DNA of 63,773 bases, filler included, from Lenisia limosa (lineage: Eukaryota; Protista; Breviatea), in NCBI GenBank assembly GCA_001655205.1. It is 16 parts of 16 records of this genome, joined end to end, with 100 filler letters (N's around TTAATTAATTAA, not from the genome) between each part and the next. Parts side by side here need not be neighbours in the genome. Positions count along the whole stretch, not along the records: positions 22,690 to 34,404 come from LPNZ01000305.1; positions 34,505 to 36,223 come from LPNZ01008225.1; 14 more parts are not named here. The stretch is one strand, 5' to 3'. Below are positions 24,387 through 36,323 of this stretch, one piece after another (position 1 is the first letter of the stretch; each line of letters begins with the position of its first letter). The position numbers and the translations under genes were made by a program. A model generated the notes under the pieces. The model had not been told where the DNA came from. It saw only the letters and a program-made list of their open reading frames with translations, and did not search any database.

Positions 24387-27300
24387 CTAATAAGTTGGGG
24401 TCATTTCGACATTATTTTGCATGGTCTGCAGCTGCTGCTGGCCTTGAGGCTGCTGGAAGTTCTTCGCGTCAAAAGCAGGTTTCGCCTAAAGTGTCAATTC
24501 ATATCAACACTGAACTACTAAGCGAGCATATATATTGAGAAAACTTGACGAGATTTCCCCAATACCTCCTTCAGTTTTGGAGTGTTAAATACCCAGTTAC
24601 CTTCTCTGGTCGTACCGGTCGGACGTATCTCTTCTTATGGCCCTTTGCTTTGAGGGTGAGGAATGCTCCGACCATCACTATCAATGATCCACCAATGGGG
24701 GCGTAAACCTTCGATGCCGCTGGGCGGTCAATTCAAGTTGGAACAATGAAATTAGGCAATAAAATTAGGGGTGAAATGCATACTTCCATAGAATTCGATC
24801 TGATCCAACGCTTCAACAAAGTCTGCAGCATTCTCATCACTGATTTCGGAAGAAATCTCCATAGTGCTGTATGGTGAGCTCATTTGACTAATAGAGCAGT
24901 AATCGGAATTAATATATATTAGCTTAGAAGGCTTACAAGAAAGGCACACGTGAACTGGGGAAGTCAAAAAGCACAAATCCATCTGTTGGCTCAAACTCCA
25001 CCATGGTCTGAGAGAATTAAATTAATACAGTCAATTCGCGCTTTGTCTTTTGAAAAAGGTTTAACATAGCTCGACCACAAACAATAAACGAACACAACAT
25101 ACCATCATTCTGAATCTGCCAGCCATGGTGAATCCGGTGAAGGGGTTGTTGTAGAAATAAGTGTCGTGGTCAGCCACCACAGGAGGGGTCAGGCCTTGTG
25201 CCGTGCAATATGTCTCGTCAGCATTGAGACAATGGGGTTGAACTGCAGAGATAAGCCAAAATAAGAATGTCCAATATTTGCTTTAAAATGCAATAATACT
25301 ATGTTCAAAAATGATATTATAGAGAGACCTTTTTTGAAAGGAGTAAAAATAAGAAAATAAAAACGAATTTGCGTACCCATAGCAATGTTGAAGCCGTATA
25401 CAGAAGAGGCGTCATAAACACCCTTGGCTTTGACATTGTAGGGGGCTGAGAACTCGCTCTCTGCTGATGTGGCACTGAAGTGTTAATTCAAATTCAGAAA
25501 TTCCTATTGAAATTGGTTCGGATGGATCGCCTACAAAGTCTTGTCAGAGATTCTGTATTCGTTGACGTCGATGCCCTTGTAAGTAGTAGCCTGTACCTTC
25601 TTGGCAACAACTGGACGCTTCATGGCAGCCTAGCGGGTGAGTTCGGGGTTATAGCATTACCGTTACTCATCCTTCATTTTGGTACAAAAATCTTTGAAAT
25701 GTCAGTAAAAAATTACCAGAAGTCCCCTCCCACAAAGGAGTCACAAGTTTTAACCCCTTAATTTCCCCCACATACCACCCAAACAATGATTTCCTCAGGT
25801 TCATAATCCAACTTCCACTTGTCATAATTAAGGAAATTGATATCAGGGGCTCCTAAAAAGACGATTGGTGAGAGATTATAAAAAAAAAAGAGAAATAAGT
25901 TGCCCACCACTTGACGAGATTTGTTTTCCCTCCCCTCCTACCAGTGCCCCACCACTTGACGAGATTTGTTTCGTCACGATACTCAATAATGCGCCAGGTG
26001 TCGTCAACATTCAGCTTGCCTGGTGGGTAAAAGCGAGCCCCAGGGAATAGACTAAGATATCATAGTATCACTTTTTGAGTCATTTCCACATGTGCACTCA
26101 TTTTGCACGCAGTGATGTGATATCTCATATTGGTCTCAATGATCCTCTGATACTCCCGGAATGAACTCTCATTTTATATCCGTTCATCAGTTCAACTCAA
26201 AAGTCGGTCATTTCATCAGTTCAACTCAAAAGGTTATTGGTCATTATCAGGCTGAACATCTAAGATACATTATCCGCTGTAGATCATATATTGCAATATA
26301 TTTGAATAAGCTCAATATACGAATATTCCCCAACACACCCGTAAGATAGGAGTAAACTGGTTCCTTCTCCTGGGCCTCGGCAATGGTGTAGTTGTTTCGC
26401 AGAGCGTTTTGTGCACTAACAATAAGTCAAACAAGGTAGTAATGAGAAACTGACCAAAACACTACGTTCAAAGATGAAAAAGGTCATGCTCCAGCAGATG
26501 AATCAAAGGTGCTACCCCCATCATACAGGGTCGGCGCCACGATGTTGAGATAGCTGTCAACGTTATCGAAGAGCAATTGGCCGACAGTCTTGCAGGCAAT
26601 TGGGCCAGACCCAACAATCATGCTCTGATGAACCATTTCTCCAGCACCGGCGGCGGCACCAAGGGACGCGACATAGAGCGCGACCTTTCCACATTGCGCT
26701 TGAGTGAGGCTGAGGCGTCAGAACACAAAAGAAATAAGTTGAGTGAAGTTCCACAACAAGCCCCTCCCAACCCTGTCCAATAAGCAATATCGGCAACTTG
26801 GCACCCTCCCGTAGCAACCACATTGAAAAGGGCGAGATTTTCCTGGGGTGTCATTTTGATGACAGTACAACTCCTTCATTTTGACTAATTACCCCCCCCA
26901 CAGGATTCACCAAACTCTTGGAGCCCGGGCCGAATAGGGTGTACGCAATATCGGTAGTCAGGCCACAGGCTGAGCCGACAACTGTGTCACCTGGAGAGGA
27001 GAAAATGTAAATTGCCGAGTAATATTTAGAATGCAAAATGTGAGTCATGTGGCAGTGAAATAATTGAGATCATCCTTATTGGGCACCAAAGTGATGAACC
27101 AACATTCGAGGTCGGGAAAGACCGGGGGGTATGACTCGACCGGCAGAATCTGCTTGGCAGTGGCGGTACCGAAGAGGGGGGTCGCACTGGCAAATTGGGC
27201 ATAACCAATGGCGGTCTCGGCAGGCTGAAGAATGGTCAAAAGTATAAAATGACAAACCCTAGCAATCTTCTACCCCACTCCGGACCACTAATAAAACCCA

Positions 27301-29189
27301 TTAAAAGCTATCATGTGAAACAAAAATCAGACCCTCAGCTTTACCGTTGCCATGCTCAGACCCTCAAACATTCTAAATCGGTTAGTTCAATTGTAAACAT
27401 AATAAAAGGGAGAACATAATGATCCCTATAGCTTAGGTATGCCGCATAAAACTTGTGTTTCTGGTTCCTTAGTAAAGAATGCTACAAAGACAGATTACTA
27501 TTGCATTACACGCATGAGATATTGATGTTGACAAGCTGCCTACTCCAGCATCAAGCAGCGCATGGCCGTAAATGGTCTCAATATTGGTCCCAAGGAAAGT
27601 CTATAATGTGATGTGACACGTCTGACGACAAAGTCAAAGAGAAATTGTTTGACCCCTCCATTCCACATACAACGAGGGCGCCTTTAGTGGCAAGGTTGCC
27701 TGCAATGAGAGTGACAATTGTTCCTCCGTTAACAGCAGTCCAAGGAGCGGTTTGGTTATCTGGCGCACCAGCAGCAACATATGCTGTGTAACTACCGGAT
27801 AAGCAAGAAGATAGTAGCGTGACGCTTACGCCAATGTGTTGGTTTTGATGTCAGCGCAAAGAGTGGACGCATCGAGCCCGGTAATAAGGGCCAAATCCCC
27901 ATTGTTCATGGGGGTCATTCCAGGGCATGTGGTAGCGCAATCCAAGTTGGAGAAGAGGCGTTCGCAGTCCGAGTCAGCAATCCCGTTAATCTCCGTTGCG
28001 AAGGCAATGCTACGGTACGCGACTCTGAGTTCTACTGTCTCCTAAAACGTCAGAAACTCGTACCATGGAATTCAGTTCAGCTTATTTCATGACAACCGTA
28101 CACTCATTGCTTTCATAATCTCTGAAGCCCATCCGACACCAGCCATGGTGATCATCGCTAAAAAAGGTCAGAAACTTCAAAAGCGAAGTAGCCGTTATTA
28201 CAAAACACAAATCCAGCAGCTCACATTGTTCGCCACCGTACAACTTAACTGCGGCAAGATAAGGGCCATTTGGAGTGCACAGAACATCATCCAATGATAG
28301 GGATCCGTCTTCAGGCTGGTTGGTAAGCGGATGCAATAAATTGATCGGAACACAGTGGTAATAAAATAATAGGAGAAATGACAGCTTCACATACGGGGAC
28401 AAAATAAGAGCGGTCGGTTTGCTTGAAAGAAACCGAAGACTCATCTTCCGAGAACGAGAAGGCAACCCTATTAAGTCAACCCTGCTGCAAAAAAAAAACT
28501 GATTGTGAAACTGTGATCTCATACCAGTAAACAAAGTTCTTTAAACGATAGGGGCCCTTCTCTTCAACAATGGGCTAGGAAGGTAGGTAAAGACCGGTGA
28601 GGAAAGCAAGACAAATCAATGTGAAAAGATGCCACGGGATCGATAAAAGAACGATTTTAAATCTGATTTCGGGAAGAGATGACTGAGAAAGCAAAAGAAA
28701 ACCATTCAATCACAAATTACTCCGAAGGCAACTCCCCACTTACCATAGAGCCGTTTTTGAAGTCATCTACGTTCTTAATGTTGAAGAACCAGTAAGACTC
28801 AAAGTTAATATTCGGCTTCTCAACCTCCTCAGGAGCTGCAAGGTCCTTTAAGCGCTCTGAGTCACCACTGTCGAAAATACTAAGGTCTTCGCGTCCCTGA
28901 TGATTTTTAGTGTTTTAGAGTCTCAAAGGAATATAATTTCAAGAATTTGAGCTTTAATTCAATGGTCAGTTGCAATCCAGACCTTTGAAAGAATCTGGCC
29001 CTGAGGCAAAGCGTCTTAAAACCATAATTCCAAAGTTAATACTACAAACAGCGCAATATTATACCCAAAATTCCCCTTACCCACCTGATCAACTTGGTCT
29101 GGCAACACCCAGAGACCAAAAATAAGTCCTGAGATGGCGATAAACAGGCCTATTGTCACAATACATCCTCCCACAATTGGAGGAGGCAT
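24387..29189 (-). CDS. CD36 / SR-B / LIMP-II family scavenger receptor with a long insert
   Basis: N-terminal TM (GLFIAISGLIFGLWVLP), FESYWFFNIKNVDDFKNG, PIVEEKGPY, DDVLCTPNGPYL, GVYDASS...QPHCLNADE...GLTP...HDTYFYNNPFTGFTMAGRFR, C-terminal TM (IGGSLIVMVGAFLTL) and tail ...EMTPTY* (stop at 24387). The start is approximate. Confidence 0.9.
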
Positions 29190-29866
29190 TATTTACTCAC
29201 GTAGATGCAAAAATTTGAGCCACTGAAAATAACTTCTTTGGAGAAGCCTCTATCTGTATATTCTCCTATTCTCCTCTAATATTACACAACAAAAGGGCAA
29301 GCAGGCAAGTTGCACACACAAAACGTTCAATTGCAGGAGGGCTTTTTATACCATATAACTCCCCCAGGGCAAACAACCGTGAAGAACTCACCAGCTCATA
29401 CGCCCCTGCCCCCCATCGCACTTTATCGCACTATCGTTTATTATCTTTCTTATCGCGACCGTCGTCCCCGTCCAAACCCGTGTCGACTTGTGTCGACTTA
29501 ACCCCACTGACATACCTCGAACAAACAGCGTAACGTCGCTGAGTCGACAAGACCACAAGACCACAAGGTGACCACAAGTCTCTGACACGACGTTGAACTG
29601 CGTGCACACCGCTTTTTGGGTGGGGGGGGGGGTTGATGAGAGGGCGAACATGGATTGTATATATGATAGCTTTTAATTGCCCATTGATTTATGACGCTTT
29701 TCCTTGGTGTTTGAAATACAGCGCATAATAATGAAATAGTAAGTAGTAGTGAGTAATGTCAATTTGTGGACTAATTATTTTCCGCTTCAGTTTCATTATT
29801 TTGTGTTACGACGCTATTTTCCAACGCATACAAGGTATTTTCCCGTCACAACTGTAGCCTCAAGAA

Positions 29867-32800
29867 TGGCAAGTCCTCTTCAGGAAGCCCAAAGTGGTAG
29901 GATGGTGCCCTCTTTGGACATTGACGTATTCTGAGCTTATGCCAAAGAATTTACCCCTTAGAGTCCCGCTCACGAGGGGTGTCGATGGAGGGACGGCACA
30001 GGATTTGCTGCCCACATTGTACAGAGGAGTTTGAAATCGAGGAAACGTATGAATTGGTTGCAGATAAATTAATACTGCACTGTTTCGAGGCTCCAGCATT
30101 TTCACCTTTGATCTGTTTGTTTTCTCCAGACTTTGTGAGACCAGAACTGACCTCATAGTTATGAGCCTCACGAAGAGACCAAAAGACGGAAGTTCAGAGG
30201 ATTTGCCATCATGGGTGTGTTTGTTCAGAGGATTTGCCATCATGGGTGTGTTTGTTACTTTTTACCAGTTCCTCACATGAGTGTGCTCTCTTGACATACT
30301 ATTGGTGATGGTGCATGTGGATTATACAATATGCATTTAGGAAAGAAATTGTACTTACTCTGTGTTATTTCTCAATTATATTATATATATATGATATTAT
30401 ATATATACTACTATATGGTATATGATATGTATGATATGTATAGTACATACATAATATATTATATATGATATATATATTATATGCATTAACCACGATTAGT
30501 CCTGACATACAAAAATTATTTATGTATTATACATGCAGTACATGAATTATACACAGTAACCACGATTAGTCCTGACTGGATATTGAAATTGTGTCAGGAG
30601 TTTTCGCAGTCACTATGTACATGTACAAAATATGTCTTTTAACATATATCATATGTACATAAATGTTTAAAGAATGTACATGTACAAAATATGTCTTTAA
30701 ACATATATGTACCTAAATGTTTTGTGTGTCCTCTGTTTTCTCTGACTTGATAGGAGGCTTTGGAGCCTCACAAAGTACCCCAGTCACCATTGATGGGGCG
30801 CGTGAAGTATTACGCCAGCGCCAACTTGAGAAACAGGTATGTAAGATATCAGATTTGGGAATGGGAATCATAATTGCAATTGATCACGATATAGAGCAAA
30901 TCCCCCATCTTGGTGCCGATAGGATCTGACAATGAAGAAACTCCGAAGCAGGTTGGATCGATACCTTAGTAGTCAATACTATTGATAAAGGTGATGTTGA
31001 TCTATATATATATATCATATATATATATATATTATATACATACTTATCAAATTTCTCATCAAGATAGCTTGATCTTTGTCTCATTTCACTTTTTAGAGTG
31101 AAAGTGAGGATCGACAAAGTGATGAAGTTCCACCCAAAGCCCTCCATAAGCTCTACCTCAAGGACATTCTAACAGAAGAGCAACAGCGCGAGTGGAAAGA
31201 GTTTGTACAAAGCTTTTTCTTCACCTACTACTCAGATTGACAGCGCGTTTGATAATGCTGACCCTTTCAATATTTGTACTTTGGTAGGTTCTTCGTGGCT
31301 CTCATTGCATTGTTCCACGCTTATTAGTGTTGTGTTATTGTAATAAATTTTCTGACAGTAGGTTAATTGGGGCACTTTTGATGATGTGGCTAGAAGACCA
31401 CGAGTTCAGCAAGGCCTTTTACTTCAATGTTATTGGACTCACAACTATCGGTTGGCTACGTTTTGTTGATCTGTCAAAATTACTACTTGCCTTGCATTTT
31501 GAACCAATTTCTTACTCCTCCTCTCTCTATCAAAGACTGAAACGACAGGATACGGAGACATTGCTCCAAAAACTGCTGAAGGAAGAGCTGTTTTCGTTAT
31601 TCTTGGTAAGCATAGTATAATGGTATATCCACAATGTGTTATGGGCTCTGGAACTGACCCTCCAGCACTCACTACCATTGGAGTGATCAGCACATGTATC
31701 GGCACAGCATCCGAGTTTTTTGCTTTGAGATCTGAACACAGAAAGGCGGTTCGTGGGACCATTTATAGGACTCATCGTTAACATATGATATGTACTCACA
31801 CTTTAGCTGACATCTTTAAAGAAAAACAAACCGCTCAAAGTCAAAAGCGCCAGTAAGTACTGTATTGACTGGATGATAAACATTTGACATATTAGCTCTT
31901 TGTATATTTACTTTCTCCTATCTCGTTAAATCTTCAGCAACTATATGATATAATATAATATACTGTTATTTTTCAGTTTTGTTTCAGATAAAGGGAACAA
32001 TGTTGTTGTTTTTCGGAATTGGACCAAATGGACAGAGATAGGAAATAATGGACTCCAGGTAAAGCGGCTCGAGCGGCAGTTGTGAGTGCCTTCCTCCTCA
32101 ATATCATTGTTATTGCCATTGGCGGCCTGGCGTTTATGCATTTGGAACCTTCAACTTACGAGGGAGATGACTGGCTTGGTGACAACTTCTTCCTTTGCTG
32201 CTGTATGCTTGGGGGAGATTCCTTCAAGTAGTATTAGCAGAATATGATATGCCATCAATTCCTATTCCCTGTTGCTCTTTTCTACTTGGTGGTACTTGTT
32301 CCATTATCGAGAATGCCAAAGGGTTATCGAAAGATCTCCTTGAGTTTAAGAATTGTTTTCATACATCACAGATTACTCCATCATCACTTTGACAACAATT
32401 GGTAGGAAGTTGTTGTGATATTTCACTATTTAAATTTGAAGCTCTGAAATTGTAAACATACGGGTTTAGCTCTTAACTTGGTAACTTACACTCTACAGGC
32501 TTTGGGGACTTCCACCCAACCACAGTAGAGAGTCGATGGTTCTGTGTGGGCTACCTTTTCTTCGGTATGGAATGAGATGAAGTGTGTTGCATCAAAATAT
32601 AAAAGTAACAAAAATTCTGATATCATCATGTAGTATTATATCAGACACTTTTTCGTCTCATTTCCCCTTGCTAGGATTGGGGTCCGTTGGATTTCTTATC
32701 AGTTCCATTGGTCACCTTCTTCAAATTAAAATCGAAAAACGCCAAGCAATTTTGAGGCGAAAAGTGAAGGCCCTCAAGATCGGTGCTAAAAATGGTAGGA

Positions 32801-33151
32801 ATCTTTCAGGATTGCTTATTTGATTCACTTTACCAAATTAATTATCTATCTTGTAGAAATATTTATATTCTACATTAACTCACATTTAATTCAAAAGGAG
32901 TTGGACGCATTTCTTTTAAGCGAAAAAAGAAGGACAGTGACTCTGTTGAAATGGACAATGCCCCGCACACTCCAGTCCCAAGTCCAGATGAACCAGAAGG
33001 TGAGTGACAATCGTGGTGATATTTTTGCTGCTCTTCTGATGCTGGTGTTATCTTACAAATAGCCGATTCATTGGAAGAAAACCTGCCATCTGAAATTGAG
33101 GATGACTCGGACTATGATGATGATGGAGATTCTGTTAAAGTGGAAGTGTGA
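29867..33151 (+). CDS. Two-pore-domain potassium channel (K2P-type, TM-P-TM-TM-P-TM)
   Basis: Pore 1 is FSKAFYFNVIGLTTIG|YGDIAPKTAEGR (about 31405-31605) and pore 2 is YSIITLTTIG|FGDFHPTTVESR (about 32372-32565). TM3 reads IIVIAIGGLAFMHLE. An acidic tail ends at TGA 33151. The 5' exons are less certain. Confidence 0.9.
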
Positions 33152-33335
33152 AGTGGGTGAATTTTATGGTTACTTTCTTTTTCTTAGTTGGCTTTAGTAG
33201 GTTGTTTCTGTGATAGGATTAGGGTTCACATTAGTAGATGCATGTTGAAGGGATGATCAATTGAACCTCAATAGTGATTGGAACGAGTTCTATTTGGTCC
33301 CATCAAATATCATGAATTTAGAATAAATAATACCA

Positions 33336-34404
33336 TCAGACGAAGTCAATCACATCGAGGAGTGCTGTTACCACAAACACATTCAAAGCATTTCCAAAGA
33401 GCTTTGCTCTAGAACATCAGTAACATGATAGCAGACTCCCGCACTCTCTCTTCAACCCACTTTGAAGCACTTGACAGATTCTCTGGGTAGACCATGTCGT
33501 CAGGGAAGCCATGGAGTCGTCCCAGCTCGCTTGAACTACAGAATCAACCTCTGTCCAAATCTTCGATTGAAAATCGTAGGCTGGTGAGTCCCAACCCACC
33601 TGAAATATCTCAGCCCAAGAGACATCAGATCTTCTTTTTTGTACTGAGGGGGCTCCTAAAAGATCAAAGCTCAAACTGGTGGCCAGTTCTAATGATTCCA
33701 ACAATCACTACAGTTGGGAATGTCTAATCGTGATTGTAATACAACGCCGACGTCAACCTACCTCCGGTGTTTGATCAGCGTCATCAACAGGTCCCGCTGA
33801 ATAGGGTGTACCTGGTTGATAGTTGTTTTCAATAGGCGTCTTTCTGAAGTACAGGGTGAAAGGCAACGAAACTAAACACTTTTTTCCCAACACCAAACCC
33901 TGATCTCTCAACGGCTGCGTCAATTACAGACACTTCTGGCCTCGCGGTCTGCAACACTGAACTAAAGCGTCACTCAAATATAACGGAATCTAGAGGTAAC
34001 CAAAGATGTCCAAATCAATTCATAATCAAAACGTGCAAGTCTTTTGAGGAACTTAATAAGCCCACATACCCAGCACCCTCCACAAGTCTCATATAACCCT
34101 TGGTAAAGCAGCAGGACCTGGTATCTCCAGGGAGTACAATATCGAAGAGCATTCCGTATTTGTTGATTGTCTTGAAGGTTAACAAACACATGGAAAAATA
34201 TGATTGTATTCACCTTTTCCGAGACAAAAAGGCTTGGGTCTGGGTTTTCGTCCAAAAATGCTGCAATAGGAAGAGGTCGATCAGTAGTTACGTGGTGAAT
34301 CTAAGGTCGGGGTGAAAGAATAATAATTTGCGATTGATACAATAAAATATGGAATAGGTAGTGTGATATTTTCTTTGAAACCTTGAACAGAGCAAAGACG
34401 ATCA
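33336..34404 (-). CDS. TRDMT1: DNMT2/TRDMT1 C5-cytosine (tRNA) methyltransferase, C-terminal part
   Basis: Spliced motifs SCCFTKGYMRLVEGAG|SVLQT (the DNMT2-diagnostic CFT motif), LGLRYFS|SSELGRLHGFPDD (motif IX) and LFGNALNVFVVTALL (motif X). Truncated at the linker. Confidence 0.93.
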
Positions 34405-34584
34405 NNNNNNNNNNNNNNNNNNNNNNNNNNNNNNNNNNNNNNNNNNNNTTAATTAATTAANNNNNNNNNNNNNNNNNNNNNNNNNNNNNNNNNNNNNNNN
34501 NNNNATGAGGTATGTGGGGCATGGGGTCAGGACGAAAATTAGGTATTATACATATCTATATCTATATATATATGTATATATCTA

Positions 34585-34669
34585 GGGATTCCCTATGGTC
34601 CGAAAGAGATCGGTTAAATATCGAGGATTTACCGAGAATTCAGTCTTTTTTTGGACCGTAGGGAAGCCC
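34585..34669. mobile_element. MITE family A, subtype B
   Basis: TA|GGGATTCCCTATGGTCCGAAA...GGACCGTAGGGAAGCCC. Confidence 0.88.
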
Positions 34670-35189
34670 AATATGTATATATTTGACGACCCCCCTCACT
34701 CCCTCTTACATAGACCTTTTCGTTTCTTTGGAACTCCCACGATGCGTGAGACATATTCGGGTGATCATTAAATGGTATACTCATTCTATGAGATAAGAGG
34801 TTAATCCTTACAGACGGTATACTCATTCTATGAGATAAGAGGTTCATCCTTACAGAATCAACATGAACAAGCGCAGCTCCCCCCTCACTCGCCAGTAATT
34901 CGAATGATACCATGTTGCCCTGTGTAAACTCCCAGCATGTCTCGATATAATGCCGCGTAACTAAATATGGAGAATAAGAATCAAAGTAAATAGAAAGCAC
35001 GATAGAAATTATCCCCCCCCCCCCCCCNNNNNNNNNNNNNNNNNNNNNNNNNNNNNNNNNNNNNNNNNNNNNNNNNNNNNNNNNNNNNNNNNNNNNNNNN
35101 NNNNNNNAATTAACTGATTAAACAGAAGTAGATTGACTGATCCTGTTTTATCTGCAACTAGAACCCTCTATGAATGTGAAAATTTGAGA

Positions 35190-35459
35190 TTATTTTACAC
35201 AAACCTGTATCGTCATCCCATCCCCTGATGGTACCGGAGCATCTAGATTGTCAACAAAGACGTCCATTAACAAACCTCTTTTGAGAACAACTGCTTGTAA
35301 AGTGAGATGTTTTTGTTCAGGAACTAGGTTGCGGATTGTAGCAATGGTTCCTGTTCGATTACCATACCCAACACCAACAGCTCCTTCCTCAAGAACTGCT
35401 CGCAGTGTATTTGAACTAAAAGAACACATAACAAAAGAAACATATGCATACTTTTTCAT
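35190..35459 (-). CDS. Possible exon, unknown protein
   Basis: Open frame RAVLEEGAVGVGYGNRTGTIATIRNLVPEQKHLTLQAVVL. Strand is not secure. Confidence 0.25.
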   Translation of the reverse strand: MKKYAYVSFVMCSFSSNTLRAVLEEGAVGVGYGNRTGTIATIRNLVPEQKHLTLQAVVLKRGLLMDVFVDNLDAPVPSGDGMTIQVCVK

Positions 35460-35869
35460 TTGCGTGCTTAGCCAGGTTTTTAATGTTCTCTTTAGTTATC
35501 GTAACTCACAAATATTGTTCAAAAAATCTAAACTTCAATCTTGCTTAGGAACTGAAGCGATTCAGGCAAAGAAAAGGCATCACAAAAAAAAATAGTCTCG
35601 TCGGTTTTGTAATAAGAATAGTTGTAGCACACTTTCAATGAGCTTATATTACGTTTAATATTGCTTATTGTTATATATCGTGAAAGAGAAGGAAAAGGGG
35701 GGCTTTTTGAGGTTAAAAGAGGTTCATATAAACCCTCCAGACCTATCCTCAATTTGCCATTTTGCTCTCAATTGCTCTCCCTCTACTTTTCCCCCTTTCC
35801 AGCCCACTGTGTCTTTTACAATTATATAATATTGAATTGCATTGCTGCGTTGCTGAAACTCTGAACAGA

Positions 35870-36223
35870 TTCTTCAAGTGACAGCCATCACTTCACTATG
35901 AGTGTTCTGCCTGACTTTGGAAAGAATTTCAAGAGCATTGTTCCACCTATGAACGAATACGTGTCAATAAGGCCAAAACAAACCATATTTGGAGCGGAGT
36001 TTGATATTGAATCCAAAGTTTGTTTCCCTGAAGGATTTTACTCTTTAGTATTTTGTTGCCTGTGACTCTACTGGAAAGCTCTCCTTTTTTACCGCAAATC
36101 AGATCGTTCTCAAGCACTCCATGTAAGATGACTGGTACCTGTTACTTTTTAGACCGCTAAGGCAGTTTACAGCGCATACGGGTGCGATATATGGTGTGAA
36201 ATTCACTCCCTTTGGAGACTGTT
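35870..36223 (+). CDS. WD40-repeat protein, N-terminal fragment
   Basis: Exons CDSTGKLSFF... and PLRQFTAHTGAIYGVKFTPFGD (WD40 H..aV..v.f.p pattern). Truncated at the linker. Confidence 0.65.
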
Positions 36224-36323
36224 NNNNNNNNNNNNNNNNNNNNNNNNNNNNNNNNNNNNNNNNNNNNTTAATTAATTAANNNNNNNNNNNNNNNNNNNNN
36301 NNNNNNNNNNNNNNNNNNNNNNN

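Noticed and set aside
26577-26783. Plus-strand ORF MADSLAGNWARP...
   Set aside because: It lies antisense within the CD36/LIMP gene and has no independent support.
29860-30243. 127-aa minus-strand ORF
   Set aside because: The plus strand has AG/GT-bounded exons leading into the K2P gene, and the ORF starts inside a 32-bp tandem duplication. It is probably a shadow, though not excluded.
33336-34404. DNMT2 next to ion channels or repeats as a defence island
   Set aside because: DNMT2 is an ordinary, widespread tRNA methyltransferase, and its scaffold has no MITEs or defence genes.
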